64,000 nucleotides of DNA from NCBI GenBank assembly GCA_951406725.2, contig OX597827.1:43834001-43898000 (forward strand), in the 5' to 3' direction. This stretch comes from Octopus vulgaris. Lineage: Eukaryota. The stretch's first letter is position 1. Each line of letters begins with the position of its first letter. Both the position numbers and the translations under genes were made by a program. The notes beneath the pieces are model-generated. The model searched no databases, was not told where the DNA came from, and saw only the letters and a program-made list of their open reading frames with translations. Shown here piece by piece: positions 30,205 to 47,580 of this stretch.

Positions 30205-30470
30205 TATTCTAGCCTAGTTCCAACTCGGGCCGCAGCAACAAAGTTCACCCGCCACACTTCTCGGTCCATCATTACTACCTCGATGTTCTGGATACGTTCC
30301 AGGTCACTGACTGCAATCAGGTTGTCGATGGAAGCATGACGATATTTTCTTTTTCCTACATCACCATGAAATGGGTTCCACAAGACCGATTTCAACGCTC
30401 CCTGTTATGGTAGGTGCACACACTGACCAGATAGTCACAGCCGTCTTTGCCTGACCTTCCCGCTAAATTT
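30205..30470 (-). pseudogene. RTE-like LINE ORF2 extreme C-terminus
   Basis: VLWNPFHG...IDNL...MMDREVWR, followed by a short (AAT) tail. Confidence 0.65.
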
Positions 30471-30595
30471 CAGCCGGTTTTAATAGACGTGTTAAACGAT
30501 GAATAAAGATAGAATTTGAAATTCTTTAACAAAACAGCAATGACGAAACGCTCAGAAAGAGTGGATGAGCGAATGTAAAAGTAGGTGTGAATGTG

Positions 30596-30667
<72 letters not shown>

Positions 30668-30748
30668 GAGCGTTATATAAATAAGCATGCACACACGCTC
30701 ATATAGTTACACACATACACACACACACACATACACACACACACACAT

Positions 30749-30783
<35 letters not shown>

Positions 30784-31133
30784 CCTATGTATGTATTAGT
30801 ATTCACCTATACATACGTATGTCTATGAATGGATCTATAAGTATACATACACATGCATGTATATGTATGTTTAAATATTATGCACATATGAACGTACGCA
30901 CGCACACACACACATATACATACGCACACATGAACACAGGCGCAAAACTAGATTGAATGATACAATAGTGTTTGCAGAGGATTAGCATTTTAAATACACA
31001 CACACATACACACATATACACATACAAACACTCACATACATCTATAGAGATTTATTTATAGAGGATTACCATCTACGTACAGCAAATACGTTTAAATACA
31101 CAACGCCGACTTCCCAATGTAATTCTTGAATAG

Positions 31134-31188
<55 letters not shown>

Positions 31189-31400
31189 TGTGTGTTTGTG
31201 TGAGTGTTTGTCTTTGTGTGTGAGTGCAAGCATACGCATACACGATTGGGTTCCGTCTACGTAGGTATATGTGCGCGCTCGCATTTGCATGTTTATCTAC
31301 AAGCGCTCATTTTTAACAACTATTCACACACACACATAATCAGACAAATACTAACATACAAGCTTATACGCATGTAGAAACAACAGTACGCATGCTGCGT

Positions 31401-31444
<44 letters not shown>

Positions 31445-31828
31445 GTATATATATATATATATGTGTGTACATACATTTATATGTGTGCGTGTGAATTTGT
31501 GTAAATATGCAAATCTATGTGTGTGTGTGTATAAATTTATGGCTATTTCAGCGAAATGCTAATGTATTATATATATATGTATGTATGTATATATATATAT
31601 ACAGACATGTATATATATACATATATATATGTGTATGTATAGATATATATACACACACATACACAGACACACGTATATATATATATATATATATATGCAT
31701 GTCTATATATACATACATATATATGCATGTCTATATACGCACACATATATATATGCACACATATATATATGCACACATATATATATGCATGTTTATATAT
31801 ACAGACATACATACATACATATATTTAT

Positions 31829-31890
<62 letters not shown>

Positions 31891-32460
31891 GTGTATGTAT
31901 ATCTATATATATATATTCCTACACACACGTCTAAAATATGTATACAGACCTTTGAACATATTGCCTTTACACGTGCAGACTCCAACAACAAAGACATCCC
32001 CGCATACACATATACAAACACAGGTACACCCATACATGCACTGACTAACATTTTCGCGCACACACAAGCGGACATACACACAAACTTCTAATCGTGACAG
32101 TCACTCTATGTAAGCTTATACGATATACACACGCATGTACATGCATAAATACGTACATACGTACATGTGTGAGTGTGTATATAGATGTATGCATACACGT
32201 TTATATGTGTATATATATATATATATATATAATGCACATAGATACGTAAAAAGAGTGTTTAATAAGCTTGTTGCAGGGGGATAATAGAACGAATGGCAAT
32301 AAAGACAAAGATTAAACCACGGTAGGTGGCGCTACTTGCCTTTTGTTGAAACTAATCGATATTCGAGTCCAATCTTGTCTTCGATCTATTTTCATCATGT
32401 TTTCAGTCTATGTATATGTTGTCGTTGTTGTTATTATTAGTATTATCATTATTATTATTA

Positions 32461-32569
<109 letters not shown>

Positions 32570-32764
32570 CATCATCATCATTATTTTATATAGTCAATAT
32601 TTATATAATTTATACTTTCATGCTTTTCCTATATTTTTAGAATTTTTCTTCTTTACCTCAATGTTATACTATTCTTCTAACAATTTATTGTGTACATATA
32701 CATTTAGAGCGTATGTATGTGCGTGTGCGTGTGTATGTGCACACGCCAGCAGATGTATATACGC

Positions 32765-32802
<38 letters not shown>

Positions 32803-32827
32803 GTATATGTGTGTGTGTGGTGTGTAT

Positions 32828-32880
<53 letters not shown>

Positions 32881-33613
32881 GTGTGTATAGATATATATAT
32901 ATATAGACACATATACACATACCCATACACACACATGCATACCTGTGTATATATAGAGAGAAATTTGTAGATAGACATTTGTTTGCATGTGTATACATAT
33001 GTACACACATACATAAAGTATACATGTATATATCTGTATGTATTCATGTACGTATATACGTATGTTTACATATATATATATATATATATATAAGCATATA
33101 CATACATACATACATACATACATACATACATACATACATACATACATACATACATACATACATACATACATACATACATACATACATACATACACACATA
33201 CATATATACCTGTGTGTGCGAGCATATATGTGTGTGTTCTATGGCCCTCACCTCAGCCCTGGATGAGAAACCCTATAGTATACATGTAATTCTGGGAACG
33301 ATGGGGTATGGCCCACTGCTTTAATCTTCTCATTGATTCAGTATCTTCCATTTATACCGACGATCTCAAAGATGGCGCCATATGCAATGCTGAACTTATG
33401 ATTGCGCCTTTTCTTTTGATGAATCCATTCATTTATACAACCACATCTATTACTAGTCTCAATGGAAACATGAAAGGACCAGGGCGCGGCATTTGCTGCT
33501 CTTCTGTCTTTAAATACTGCGCCACCCAGCACGGAATTAGAGGCTTGTGATGCTATTGCTGTTCTATATATTCCTGTAAGTTACTGCGATATATCTTTAT
33601 TGTTTCTAACGTT

Positions 33614-33693
33614 GAACATTTTGAGGAGGTGGGCAGAAGGTCGAACATTTCGAGAAGGTGGGCAGAAGGTCGAACATTTTGAGGAGATGGGCA
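33614..33693. repeat. 29-bp tandem repeat, about 2.7 copies
   Basis: gaacattttgaggaggtgggcagaaggtc units at 33614, 33643, 33672. Confidence 0.9.
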
Positions 33694-33784
33694 AATCAGT
33701 TAGATCTATCCCAGTATTAGACTGGTACTCGTTTATCGATCCCGAAAGAATGAAAAGCAAAGTCGACCTCGGCAGAATTTTTAC

Positions 33785-34390
33785 TTGCTTTGAGAAGCGG
33801 AGCCAATATTTATCGTCAACAAATTCAAGATCTTAATACCAGAAACAGAGTTGATATTTACACTTGATGAAACAAACAGATTATCTAATCTTCCCACCTT
33901 TGCTCCGACAAAACCACAATAAAGAAAATGCTTATAAAAATTTCAAACCACGACTGAGAAATATGAGAGACACATTATGCCGTTGTATTCTCTTACACAG
34001 AAACCTAGATAATCACATGCACTAAAAAATAAGCTATTTCTCTATTTTTATCTATTCTTACAACCTGTTATTCATAGTACCACATGGCATATTCACTGGC
34101 TTAACACAGCCTTGATATTTCGTGCAAATATCGTCCACTCTGTCATGTGACCTAATAATTGTATGCGGACATAATGTCCAATTGTTATTCATGCACTTAC
34201 CTGACTCATTCATTGGTCTAATACAGCCTTAACTTTTGACGTAACTATCATTCATACAGTCACGTAACCCTCTAGCTTGTGACAACCTTCAATCAGCCAA
34301 AATGCATCGTAACTGATGGTGGTTACCCGTAAAAGGGAATAAAACATTTTATAGACTCGACGTGCATTTTCAACCTTCTTATTATTATAC
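33785..34390 (+). mobile_element. Penelope-like element 3' remnant
   Basis: LRSGANIYRQQIQDLNTR...KENAYKNFKPRL resembles the GIY-YIG C-terminal half; diverged direct repeat of period about 117 bp (34065-34272); decayed hammerhead at 34299-34370. Confidence 0.55.
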
Positions 34391-34442
34391 ATCTACCCGT
34401 GTGAAAGAAACTCTTTCCTCTCTCTCTCCCCTCTCTCTCCCC

Positions 34443-34520
<78 letters not shown>

Positions 34521-34567
34521 GCAGTCTATTTATCTATCTCTGTTGCTGTCTACCTGTCTCTCTTTTC

Positions 34568-34643
<76 letters not shown>

Positions 34644-34777
34644 TTATCTATTTCAGTTGCTGTTTACATCTCTCTCTCTCTCTGGCTTGTACTTGCATTA
34701 TTCAATGTTTCGCAAACTCAAAAACGTGTCTGATTCTTTAGATGCTACCGATCTAAGTGGCGAGTCTTGACCCTTGC

Positions 34778-34970
34778 ACCGTTTGACAACCGGTATTAGA
34801 TTGTTTACGTCACCCTAGTCTATTGGTTTGGCAATAACATTAAAAAAAAATGGTAGAATAAGTACTAGACTTTAAAAATACTTAACTACCGTGGTCAATT
34901 TATTCGGCTGAAACCCTTCAAGGCGATACCCTAACATGGGTACAGTCGAATCACTAAAATAAATAAAATA
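34778..34970 (+). mobile_element. Old family A SINE 3' half
   Basis: ttgacaaccgg...tgtttacgtc...tagaataagtactag. Confidence 0.65.
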
Positions 34971-35311
34971 GATAATGAAATAAATAATGATAAAACCACA
35001 TGTCACTAAATCACAAGATTTACATATTTCCTTTTAGCTAAACCAATGACACAATCCCCTTGGCGACTAAACAAATAAATAGACACAGGAGCATGATCCT
35101 AACTAACAACAAAACAAATATATACAGGAAAGCTAACGCTACAGCATAAATACTGAAGCGAATAAACTACCTTATAAAATATAGATAGCTGAGAGGATCA
35201 TCTCACCGTATACTCCTTCCTCTGTGTTAACATTACGAACAATAGATTTTTAATTTTATTTTATAGCCCTACTTGAAAGTTAATCAACCCTCCTAAAATT
35301 GTGATGAGCAT

Positions 35312-36003
35312 TGTAAGTAATCCAGTGGCCGTACGGATATCAGAACGACCACTGTATTCGTCTTATGAAACTGCTAAGCTGCCGTTATAAAGTGAGTCTG
35401 TGCTATGGGGAGAGGGAAGCTAGTAGATTCACTCTGATTATTTTCTCCTTCGTTATTGAAATCCCTCCAAGATCAAGTCTTCAGGGGGCGATTTACTTGG
35501 GTTATTGATTTTGATACTGCTGGGTATCTACGGGTATATAGCGAAACTGTATACCACTCCCGGTAAAAAGTGGTTGAAGACAGTCATTATAAATAGACCA
35601 GTAGCCGGTCGTCAAGAGAGGGTCGAGAGTCGAAGAGTTGAGGGTAGACAATTCTAGTCAGTGTCTTGTGGAGCTACCAGCGATAGTAAGACGGAAGTTA
35701 GTGTATTACTATTCCGTTACGAAGAGATACACTGGTATCCAATGAGTAGTAACTATCGTGGCTACTAGCGTAAAACAGCAACTACAGTACAACGGCAGTC
35801 ACACATCACACGAGCGGGAGGAACCCACTTTAAAAGATACTAAAATAGTTACAAACGCTAAGAAGGCAGTGCTACATCGCTGTCAACATTTACTGGATTA
35901 AAAGGAATGTAACACGTTCGCCGACTCTTTTATAGGGACCTGCTCTGTAGTTGCTCGACCTTCGAGGAATAGCTACTCAGTCGCTTCGAAATCACTGATT
36001 ACA
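35312..36003 (+). mobile_element. Candidate solo LTR (692 bp)
   Basis: TGTAA...TTACA termini; flanks gcat/gtat (4-bp TSD, 1 transition); TATAAATA at 35588-35595; ATTAAA near 35897; higher GC than the flanks. Confidence 0.6.
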
Positions 36004-36169
36004 GTATTTGAAAAAGATTGAATTGAATAATGTACTCTTAGATAGACGTAGATGTTGAAAAAGAAGGAATGTGCGTGGCCGAAACACCAAACACCTTTGA
36101 TCAATGTTCTGTCTGTTCGGAATTTAATGTGACTAAACAGTAACAACAACAAAGGTGGCGATGATAATG

Positions 36170-36365
36170 ATGGAGCCGTTATGTAGCTGCTCGATTTTCT
36201 GGAAACAGCAACCAAATCTCCTTTCGATCACTCACTGTCACCTTAAAAACAAAAGGTCACATTCTGTGATGTGGTCCAAGATAAACTATATAAGCATATT
36301 ACTGGCCAAGGCTGAAATGTTTCCATAATATGTTTGTCTGTTCAATGAATGTTTGCCCCGGGCTA
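36170..36365 (+). mobile_element. Family G copy
   Basis: ctggaaacagcaaccaaatctcc...ccccgggctaaa, reverse of the 21622 type. Confidence 0.55.
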
Positions 36366-36499
36366 AAAAAAAAAAAAACCATAAAAAATAACAAGAATTA
36401 TTTGCACGGTTCAACAATGGATCCTCAACGCGATCGCTCGCCCTGCTAAAAATCCTTATTTGCTGCCAATCGCCACAATTATGACTGTTCATGGCTTTG

Positions 36500-36760
36500 G
36501 CATGACTTAATAAGTTCTCTTCATACTGGTCAGTTTTTACCATTTATTTATGACCAATTCCTGTCCACTTCAGTATCTTCGAATTTCTGTCTAGATTCTT
36601 CCATGGTTTCGTTTCCCCTTGCACCGCTGAGAGTAAATGATTTGTCTGTCTGGAGAATCTGCAGTTGTCCACCCTGCGTACGTGTCTCAAACAACGTAAA
36701 TTTCTATCAGTGAGGATATCCATCATGGGAGACAGACCAGCACGCCGAAGGATTTCTTCA
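36500..36760 (-). pseudogene. RTE-like LINE ORF2 C-terminal fragment
   Basis: EEILRRAGL...RNLRCLRHVRRVDNCRFSRQ resembles EVLRRA...RRLRWLGHV.RM. Confidence 0.65.
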
Positions 36761-37324
36761 TGCCTGCTAAAAATAGCAGCTAAATCTTTCTCGACTTCGG
36801 CACACACCACCATCATTAGCAGAAATATATTATTAGGATGTAGTTTATTTGTCTGAGCCATCGGCCAATTATTCGGTGTTTCTACCCGGGATGAATTACA
36901 CATCTTCAGATGAATTTCATATGCAAAAACAAAGCCAAATCAATAAGAGATGAAAAATACAATAATACAAGACAGCTCCCGGGCGAACCGTGTCGTGCAT
37001 AACTGATGCATAAAACTAGAAGCATATAGATTTAGCATGGTTGCATGGTTCCATGGTTGCACGGTTCATTTAATTGCGAAAACAATGGAGATCACTCGCA
37101 GATTTTTCTATTTGAATTCGATGTGCTGGAAAAGTTTGCAAAAGAGAAATAAATAAATGATGAAGAAATATTTTCTCTCTTGTGGGTGTGTGTATGCGTG
37201 TGTTTGTGTGTGTGTGTGTATGTGTGTGTTTATACGCATACGTGCACGCATTAACATATACTCATACACACATGTAAACTTCTGTCTGTACATAAATATA
37301 TTTGTAAGCATGCATACATACGTG

Positions 37325-37405
<81 letters not shown>

Positions 37406-38324
37406 ACATATATATATATATAAATATATATATATAGGTCGGTAGATAGATACTTACATACATACATAATACTTACATATATACACACATACATACGTAC
37501 ATAATACATGTATGCATGCAAAAATATACATACATACACATATACATACATATATACATAATACATATATGCATACATGCATACATAAAAATATACATAC
37601 ACACATACATGCATATGTGCATACATACATACATACATAAAAATATACATACATATATATACATACATACATGCATACATAAAAATATACATACATAGAT
37701 ATATACATACATGCATGTATACATGCATACATAAAAATATACATACATATATACATACATAAAAATATACATACATACAAGCATACATATACATACAAGC
37801 ATACATACATACATATATACATACATACATAAAAATATACATGCATGCACATATACATACATATATACAAGCATAAATGCATACATAAAAATATACATAC
37901 ATATATATATACATACATATATGTATAAGCTTCTCTCCCACCCCTCTCTCTCTCTCTCTTTCTCTCTCTCTCTTTCCCTCTCTTCGCCTTTCTAATATAT
38001 AAGCATACGCACACCTATCGACACGCACTACATAGATGCACGTATGCACACATGCAGAAACATGCCGAGATGCTTATACTCCTATATCCACATGCATAGA
38101 CACGCATGTGCATGCGTCAGCGCGCATACTGACATACTCACACGCAGGCACACACACTCGTTTTGCACAAACACACGCACACACACACACACATACACAC
38201 ACTCAGATGTTCATGAGTATACAACCTTTGCAAACGAATGGGAAATGTGAGAGGGTGGACAATAAAGGAAATAGCAAAAACAAAAGAAAAAAAAGAAAAA
38301 AAAAATACACTGTCGTAACCGTGC

Positions 38325-38600
38325 GATTATAAAGCTTGTTTTGAAGCCAAGCGGTTTCAGGTTCGGTCCCACTGTGCAGCACTTTTGGCAGGTGTCGTCT
38401 ACTATTGCCTTTGATTAGCCAATGCTTTGTGAATGAACTCCCCCCCCCACCAAAAACTGTCTAGAAGTCCATGTGTGTATGTGTGTGCGTGCGCGCGCGT
38501 GCTTGTGTGGCCTTGTTTGTTTTCTACCACCGCTTGACAACCGGTGTTGGTGTGGTTATGTCACACAGTTCGTAGACACACATAGTTCAGCAAAAGAGAC
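38325..38600 (+). mobile_element. Old family A SINE
   Basis: ggttcggtcccactgtgcagcac...ccgcttgacaaccggtgttggtgtg. Confidence 0.65.
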
Positions 38601-38603
38601 AGA

Positions 38604-38700
<97 letters not shown>

Positions 38701-39194
38701 TGTGTGTATTTCAATAATAATAATAATAAAAGAGTAAAATTATTCTATAATTATAAACATAATTATAATCAGGGGTCAGCTAATCGCTTCTCCACGCACC
38801 GAATTTAGAAATAAGAGTTAAAATGCCTTTTCTACTACCATAAAGATCTCCCAAACGCGTATGTAGCTAATATGAGTCGTGTGAATTCGCTATTTTTTTC
38901 TTTTTGCCTACGTAAAAAAGTGTGTTACTGTTGTCTTGGGTTACGTGGGCTTGGTGAAAGATGTTGAGGTATGTTGAAACACGAATAGCTTCCCATTGCG
39001 AACTTCTTAAAATATATTAATACTGGAGGTAACATTTATCCCCACTTGAATGCAGTATATTGGCTTTTGGTGCAAAATGCATTCTTGCTTATATCGCCAG
39101 CAGGGAGATAAACACCCGCCACCTCAGTCGCCGAGGCCATCAGATCACATGATTTCGACCTTCTTTCTTCTTGTCAATGGTGGACGCTCAACAG

Positions 39195-39890
39195 CTAGAG
39201 ATAGCAGCGATTCATCTCCCTGTGTACTCCATCTGACCAGGGCTTAAGAACTGTCTCTTCTACCTCAGCGTTTCCAGCAACATTAACTCTAAGACTCCGT
39301 AGAAGGTTGTGAAATGGCATGACATGACCTTCGTTATTCAACGCTCGTATAACCTTCACAGCTGCTGGAAACTCAGTGTGCAACAGACTGGAGACATCAA
39401 AAGGACCTACATACAACCATCTGCCGTCTCTCCTGTTTGACTTCTGGGTTTGATGGGAATTTTTCTTATCAGAGAACCAAAGCATTTCATATTCGTTCGG
39501 GTTTTTAACCTTGTTAAGTATCCGCTTGGCATAAATCAAAGGGTTTTCTGTGACTTCGCAGACTTGAAGTGATCTCTTCTCAGTACGCACAATTTGTATC
39601 GAATGTCCTCGTGCGCCGCAGTTTTGGTAATCCACTCCAACACAAGCTCTTTGGCGACGATCCAAACACGTTTTCTAAGACCATTATCCATAAGTTCTTG
39701 AACCCACTGAATTGCACTGTCGTTTATTTCGAAGGTTTAGAATGGTCTTTCCCTTTAATAAAATTGGAATATTCCTGCTAAATGCTTTCAGTTTCTGTAC
39801 AAAATACTTTGCGACATTTTGAAAGCTGGCAACGTCTAAATCACAGTGTTCTATACACATAACAACGACTACATATTCATCTTGCTTTCT
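39195..39890 (-). pseudogene. Degraded DD37D (maT/mori-like) Tc1/mariner transposase
   Basis: WFSDKKN...NRRDGRWL...HTEFPAAVKV...NEGHVMP...LRVN...VLKPW; N-terminal EHCDLDVASF..VAKYFVQK. Confidence 0.75.
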
Positions 39891-39909
39891 ATTACTTGTG
39901 TTAGCATAC

Positions 39910-39995
<86 letters not shown>

Positions 39996-40152
39996 GGAAT
40001 GGTCATATTGCCAGTTTAGCCAATAAAAAATCTTGCACAACAAATATTTAAACGTACTATATATATATATATATACATATATATATGCGTGCATGTGTGT
40101 GTATGTATGTATGTATGTATGTATGTATGTGTGTGTGTGTGTGCGTATGTAT

Positions 40153-40403
40153 GGAGGCGCGTGGCTTAGTGGTTAGGGTGTCAGCATCATGATCGTAAGA
40201 TTGTGGTTTCGTTTCCTGGACCGTGCGACGCGTTGTGTTCTTGAGCAAAACACCTCATTTCACGTTGCTGCAGTCTACTCAGCTGGCAAAAATGAGTAAC
40301 GCTGCAATGGACTGGCGTCCCGTCCAGCTGGGGCACACATACGCCATTGAAACCTGGAAACCGGGCCCATGATCCTGGCTAGGCTTTAAAAGGGCACATT
40401 TAT
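40153..40403 (+). mobile_element. SINE family D, full length
   Basis: tRNA-like head GGAGGCGCGTGGCTTAGTGG...TTCGTTTCC, CORE/Nin-like ttcttgagcaaaacac, 3' gcaatggactggcgtcccgtccag. Confidence 0.8.
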
Positions 40404-40489
40404 TGTATGTATGTATGTATGTATGTATGCATGTATGTATGGAATTGAAAACAGAGGGTTACCCACTTGCAAACAAATGTGGTAACATA

Positions 40490-40848
40490 TAACAATATTG
40501 ACCAAGGTTACCGTGGTCTTTTTCGTAGGCTTTTCTTCCCACGGATAAACCTTACACCATACATCATGACAGTGTGATATACGATCCCTATTGATCGTTT
40601 TTTTTTCCTCTTCCCCTTTTTTCCTCTTTTGTCTTCTTTTTCCATTTTTCTTTTCTTTTGGTCCTTTTCCCTTTTTTTCTTTTTTCTTTTCCTTTTTTTC
40701 TTTTTTTCTTTTTTTTTGTTCTTTTTTCCCTTTTACGATCCCTTTTGATCGAAAACCTACGCCATCTTTTTTTTTCTCCCCCAAAAGAAAAGCTCTACCT
40801 TGTATCTTGTCCCATCTGTGTGCAGCCCTGTGTGGCCAATAAAGAAAC
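40490..40848 (+). mobile_element. LINE 3' end (L1/Tx1-like, inferred)
   Basis: T-rich UTR ending ccttgtatcttgtcccatctgtgtgcagccctgtgtggccAATAAAgaaa. Confidence 0.5.
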
Positions 40849-41433
40849 TTATCTATGTGTGTATGTTAGTAGTGTGAAATCATCTCTTAGCCATTATTTT
40901 TCCCAAGTCTTCTCTTACCCGGAGAAGTGGCACCTGTTAGAGATCCAGTCATGGTTTAATTAGCATGTCAACTACTGAGGGAGAACTTTCTCCGTAGAAA
41001 AAATAAACTCATATATATATATATATATATACATAACAAAAAACATGAAATGCAGCTGGTTTCTGGTGCTTCAACCTCAATTGTGCCTCTGGTTCTATTG
41101 TTGACTGCGCAGAGAAGCGGGTTCAGTGATGTACAACACTTTATCCACTCAAAACAAATTCACGTACCAGAAATTGTAAGATTATCGGAACGTCTGTACA
41201 GAATTTCTAAGTTAAGGAAATGGTCATATTTGGTCACGAGTTGGATCCTCCATGTGTACCGCAAAACCTCAGTGGGTAAACGCATAATATAAGCAGAAGG
41301 AAAAAATACGGAATGATTGCTCCTGTAATGCCTTAGATTGTGGACCTGCTCCTTAATCAATGCTAACCTCGGATTAAACAACAACAATAACAAGTACTTC
41401 TACTACTAGCACCACTACCATAACCACTTTTAT

Positions 41434-44910
<3,477 letters not shown>

Positions 44911-44911
44911 A

Positions 44912-45305
44912 GCAGGTTTGGCAGTATGGTTAGACGCTTCTTTCCCAAACACATGGTCTCTGTTTCAATCCTACAGCGTGGCTCTTGGGAGAGTATCCTT
45001 CTACTACAACCTCGGGCCGATTAAAGTTTTGTAAGTGGATTTGGTAGACGGAAACTCATTGAAACCCGTCGTGTCCATTATATGTTCGTGCGTGTGTGAG
45101 CGCGCGTGCACGCCTTTATATCTTTGTTTGTCCCCCACTATCGTTTGACAACCGGTGTTCGTGTATTTACGTCCCCGAGAGAATAAGAACCAGGTTTTAA
45201 AATATAAGTACTGGGGTTGATTATATCGACCAAAAATTCTTGAAGGTGATGCCCTAGCATGGCCACAGTCTAATGACTGAAACATGTAAAAGATAAAGAT
45301 AAAAG
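44912..45305 (+). mobile_element. Old family A SINE
   Basis: ggatttggtagacggaaact...agcatggccacagtctaatgactgaaac. Confidence 0.75.
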
Positions 45306-45455
45306 ATGTATATATACATCACCCATACATACACACATACATGCACACACATAGATATGTATATAGACAAACACGCGCGCATATTCAGTTTGGTACCATC
45401 TCTACAAATTACACAGGTCCTGTCAGCTATAAAGAAGCAGCAACGCATGCCAACA

Positions 45456-45514
45456 TCTACTCCATCCTGAAGAAGGGACTGTGACGGGCTGGAAACGTTG
45501 CTAATGGATGTAGA
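45456..45514 (+). ncRNA. Type-I hammerhead motif in a Penelope pLTR-like block (about 45381-45615)
   Basis: Long stem I tctactccat/atggatgtaga; CTGAAGA (45467-45473); GAAA (45492-45495); TA at 45502-45503; stem II decayed; TATAAA upstream and AATAAA downstream. Confidence 0.6.
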
Positions 45515-45897
45515 AAGTTTAATGTTCCGAAGGAACAAAATGGAACTGATAAATAAAAATGCGAATAACTTTGATTTGACAGGAAAGATTAAACTGGAGC
45601 ATAGCCGTGCACTGAATATATATAAGCGCGTGTATGTGTGCATGCGTGTATATGTGTGTCTGTGAGTGTATATGCACATACGTATATACACGCATGTATA
45701 TTAATGTACCCATACATACGTGTATATACATATATATATACATATATATATTTACACATTTACATATAAATGTATACGTCTACATAAATACATCTATATA
45801 TATGCCTGTAACTGTATATATATATATATACAAATGTATACATGCGTTTGTACATCCCAAAATATATATACGGGTATATGTGAGTGTATGTGTGCGA

Positions 45898-45940
<43 letters not shown>

Positions 45941-46364
45941 TATGCGTGCATACATACACACATATTACTAAGTTTAATAACTACTAGTAGTGAAAAAGTA
46001 AATGGAAATGTCATTGAAGCAGAAACCATTACAGAAAGCAATAAAGATGGCCGCTTTCTATATCAGAGAGACAGTTTGAAGTTTCCAATTTGCAGTTTGC
46101 AGTTTGAAGTTCTCGGCTATCAGCATCAACACTAAGCATTGATAATATTACTCCGACTGCACCTCCCATTCAATAGCCCCCCTTCAGCAATGGATGTGAT
46201 AAATCACATGGGGCTATAACTTTACGCGATTTTCAGTATTTCGCCATGAACGCCTGTGCTCAGCATTTAGAAGTCTTCTCAATCAGTACAGTGTAACGAC
46301 TGCGAGTTAGATGGATGGCCTAGGATACAGAGAAAGGGAAAGGGAAGAACATATAGAGATAGAT

Positions 46365-46416
<52 letters not shown>

Positions 46417-46558
46417 GGGGGTTTTCAGTGAGGAAGAAAGCGAGAGATATTAAAATGTGGAGGAATTAGAAAACTACATTTTATGTATTTATATAACTGT
46501 AATCCTCTCCCACTCTCTTTCTTTTGCTCTCTCTGTCTCTGTCACCAGAGAGATAGAG

Positions 46559-46653
<95 letters not shown>

Positions 46654-46676
46654 CAGGAAGGCAGACAGACAGACAT

Positions 46677-46745
<69 letters not shown>

Positions 46746-46756
46746 CAGACAGACAA

Positions 46757-46794
<38 letters not shown>

Positions 46795-47390
46795 TCACTT
46801 ATATTTAAATATACATACCTGCACACACACACATATATTTATACAGATCAATACCTACACATATTTATATATATACATACACAAATATATATGCATATAT
46901 ATATATATATGTATGTATATGTACGTATATATATATATATATATATATATTCATGTCATTATGTATACACACACATATACACACACTTATATCCGTATAC
47001 AAATGCATACAAGCATACTCCGGAAATACATACATATCAGTGTGTGTATGTATGTGTTTGCAGGCATGTATGTGTACGTGCATGTATATGTACGATTGTG
47101 TGTGTATGAGCGAGTATGTATGCGTGTATGTATGCGTGTGTAGAAGCTATATTCATATACAAATATCATATTACAGGCAACGCGTATAAAACAATAAGAA
47201 CGAATAAGTCAAAGCGAAATAAAATAAAATTCGATTGTAATTCAATTAGGCTATTAGGCTTGTATCGGTGCAGTGAATTGCCTTGAGGACTTCTCGCACA
47301 CCGAACACTGTGTGCATACATGCAAATATACATACATAAATGCATACATACATACATACATACATACATACATAGATTCATACATATAAA

Positions 47391-47452
<62 letters not shown>

Positions 47453-47496
47453 ATTGAAATTGACATATATAAGCATATATATATACATATATATCT

Positions 47497-47533
<37 letters not shown>

Positions 47534-47540
47534 TTATATT

Positions 47541-47580
<40 letters not shown>

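Noticed and set aside
35312-36003. Reversed (non-complemented) coding sequence suggested by abundant TAG/CTA
   Set aside because: Reading it backwards gave only short frames with no recognisable protein; LTR termini and TSD explain it better.
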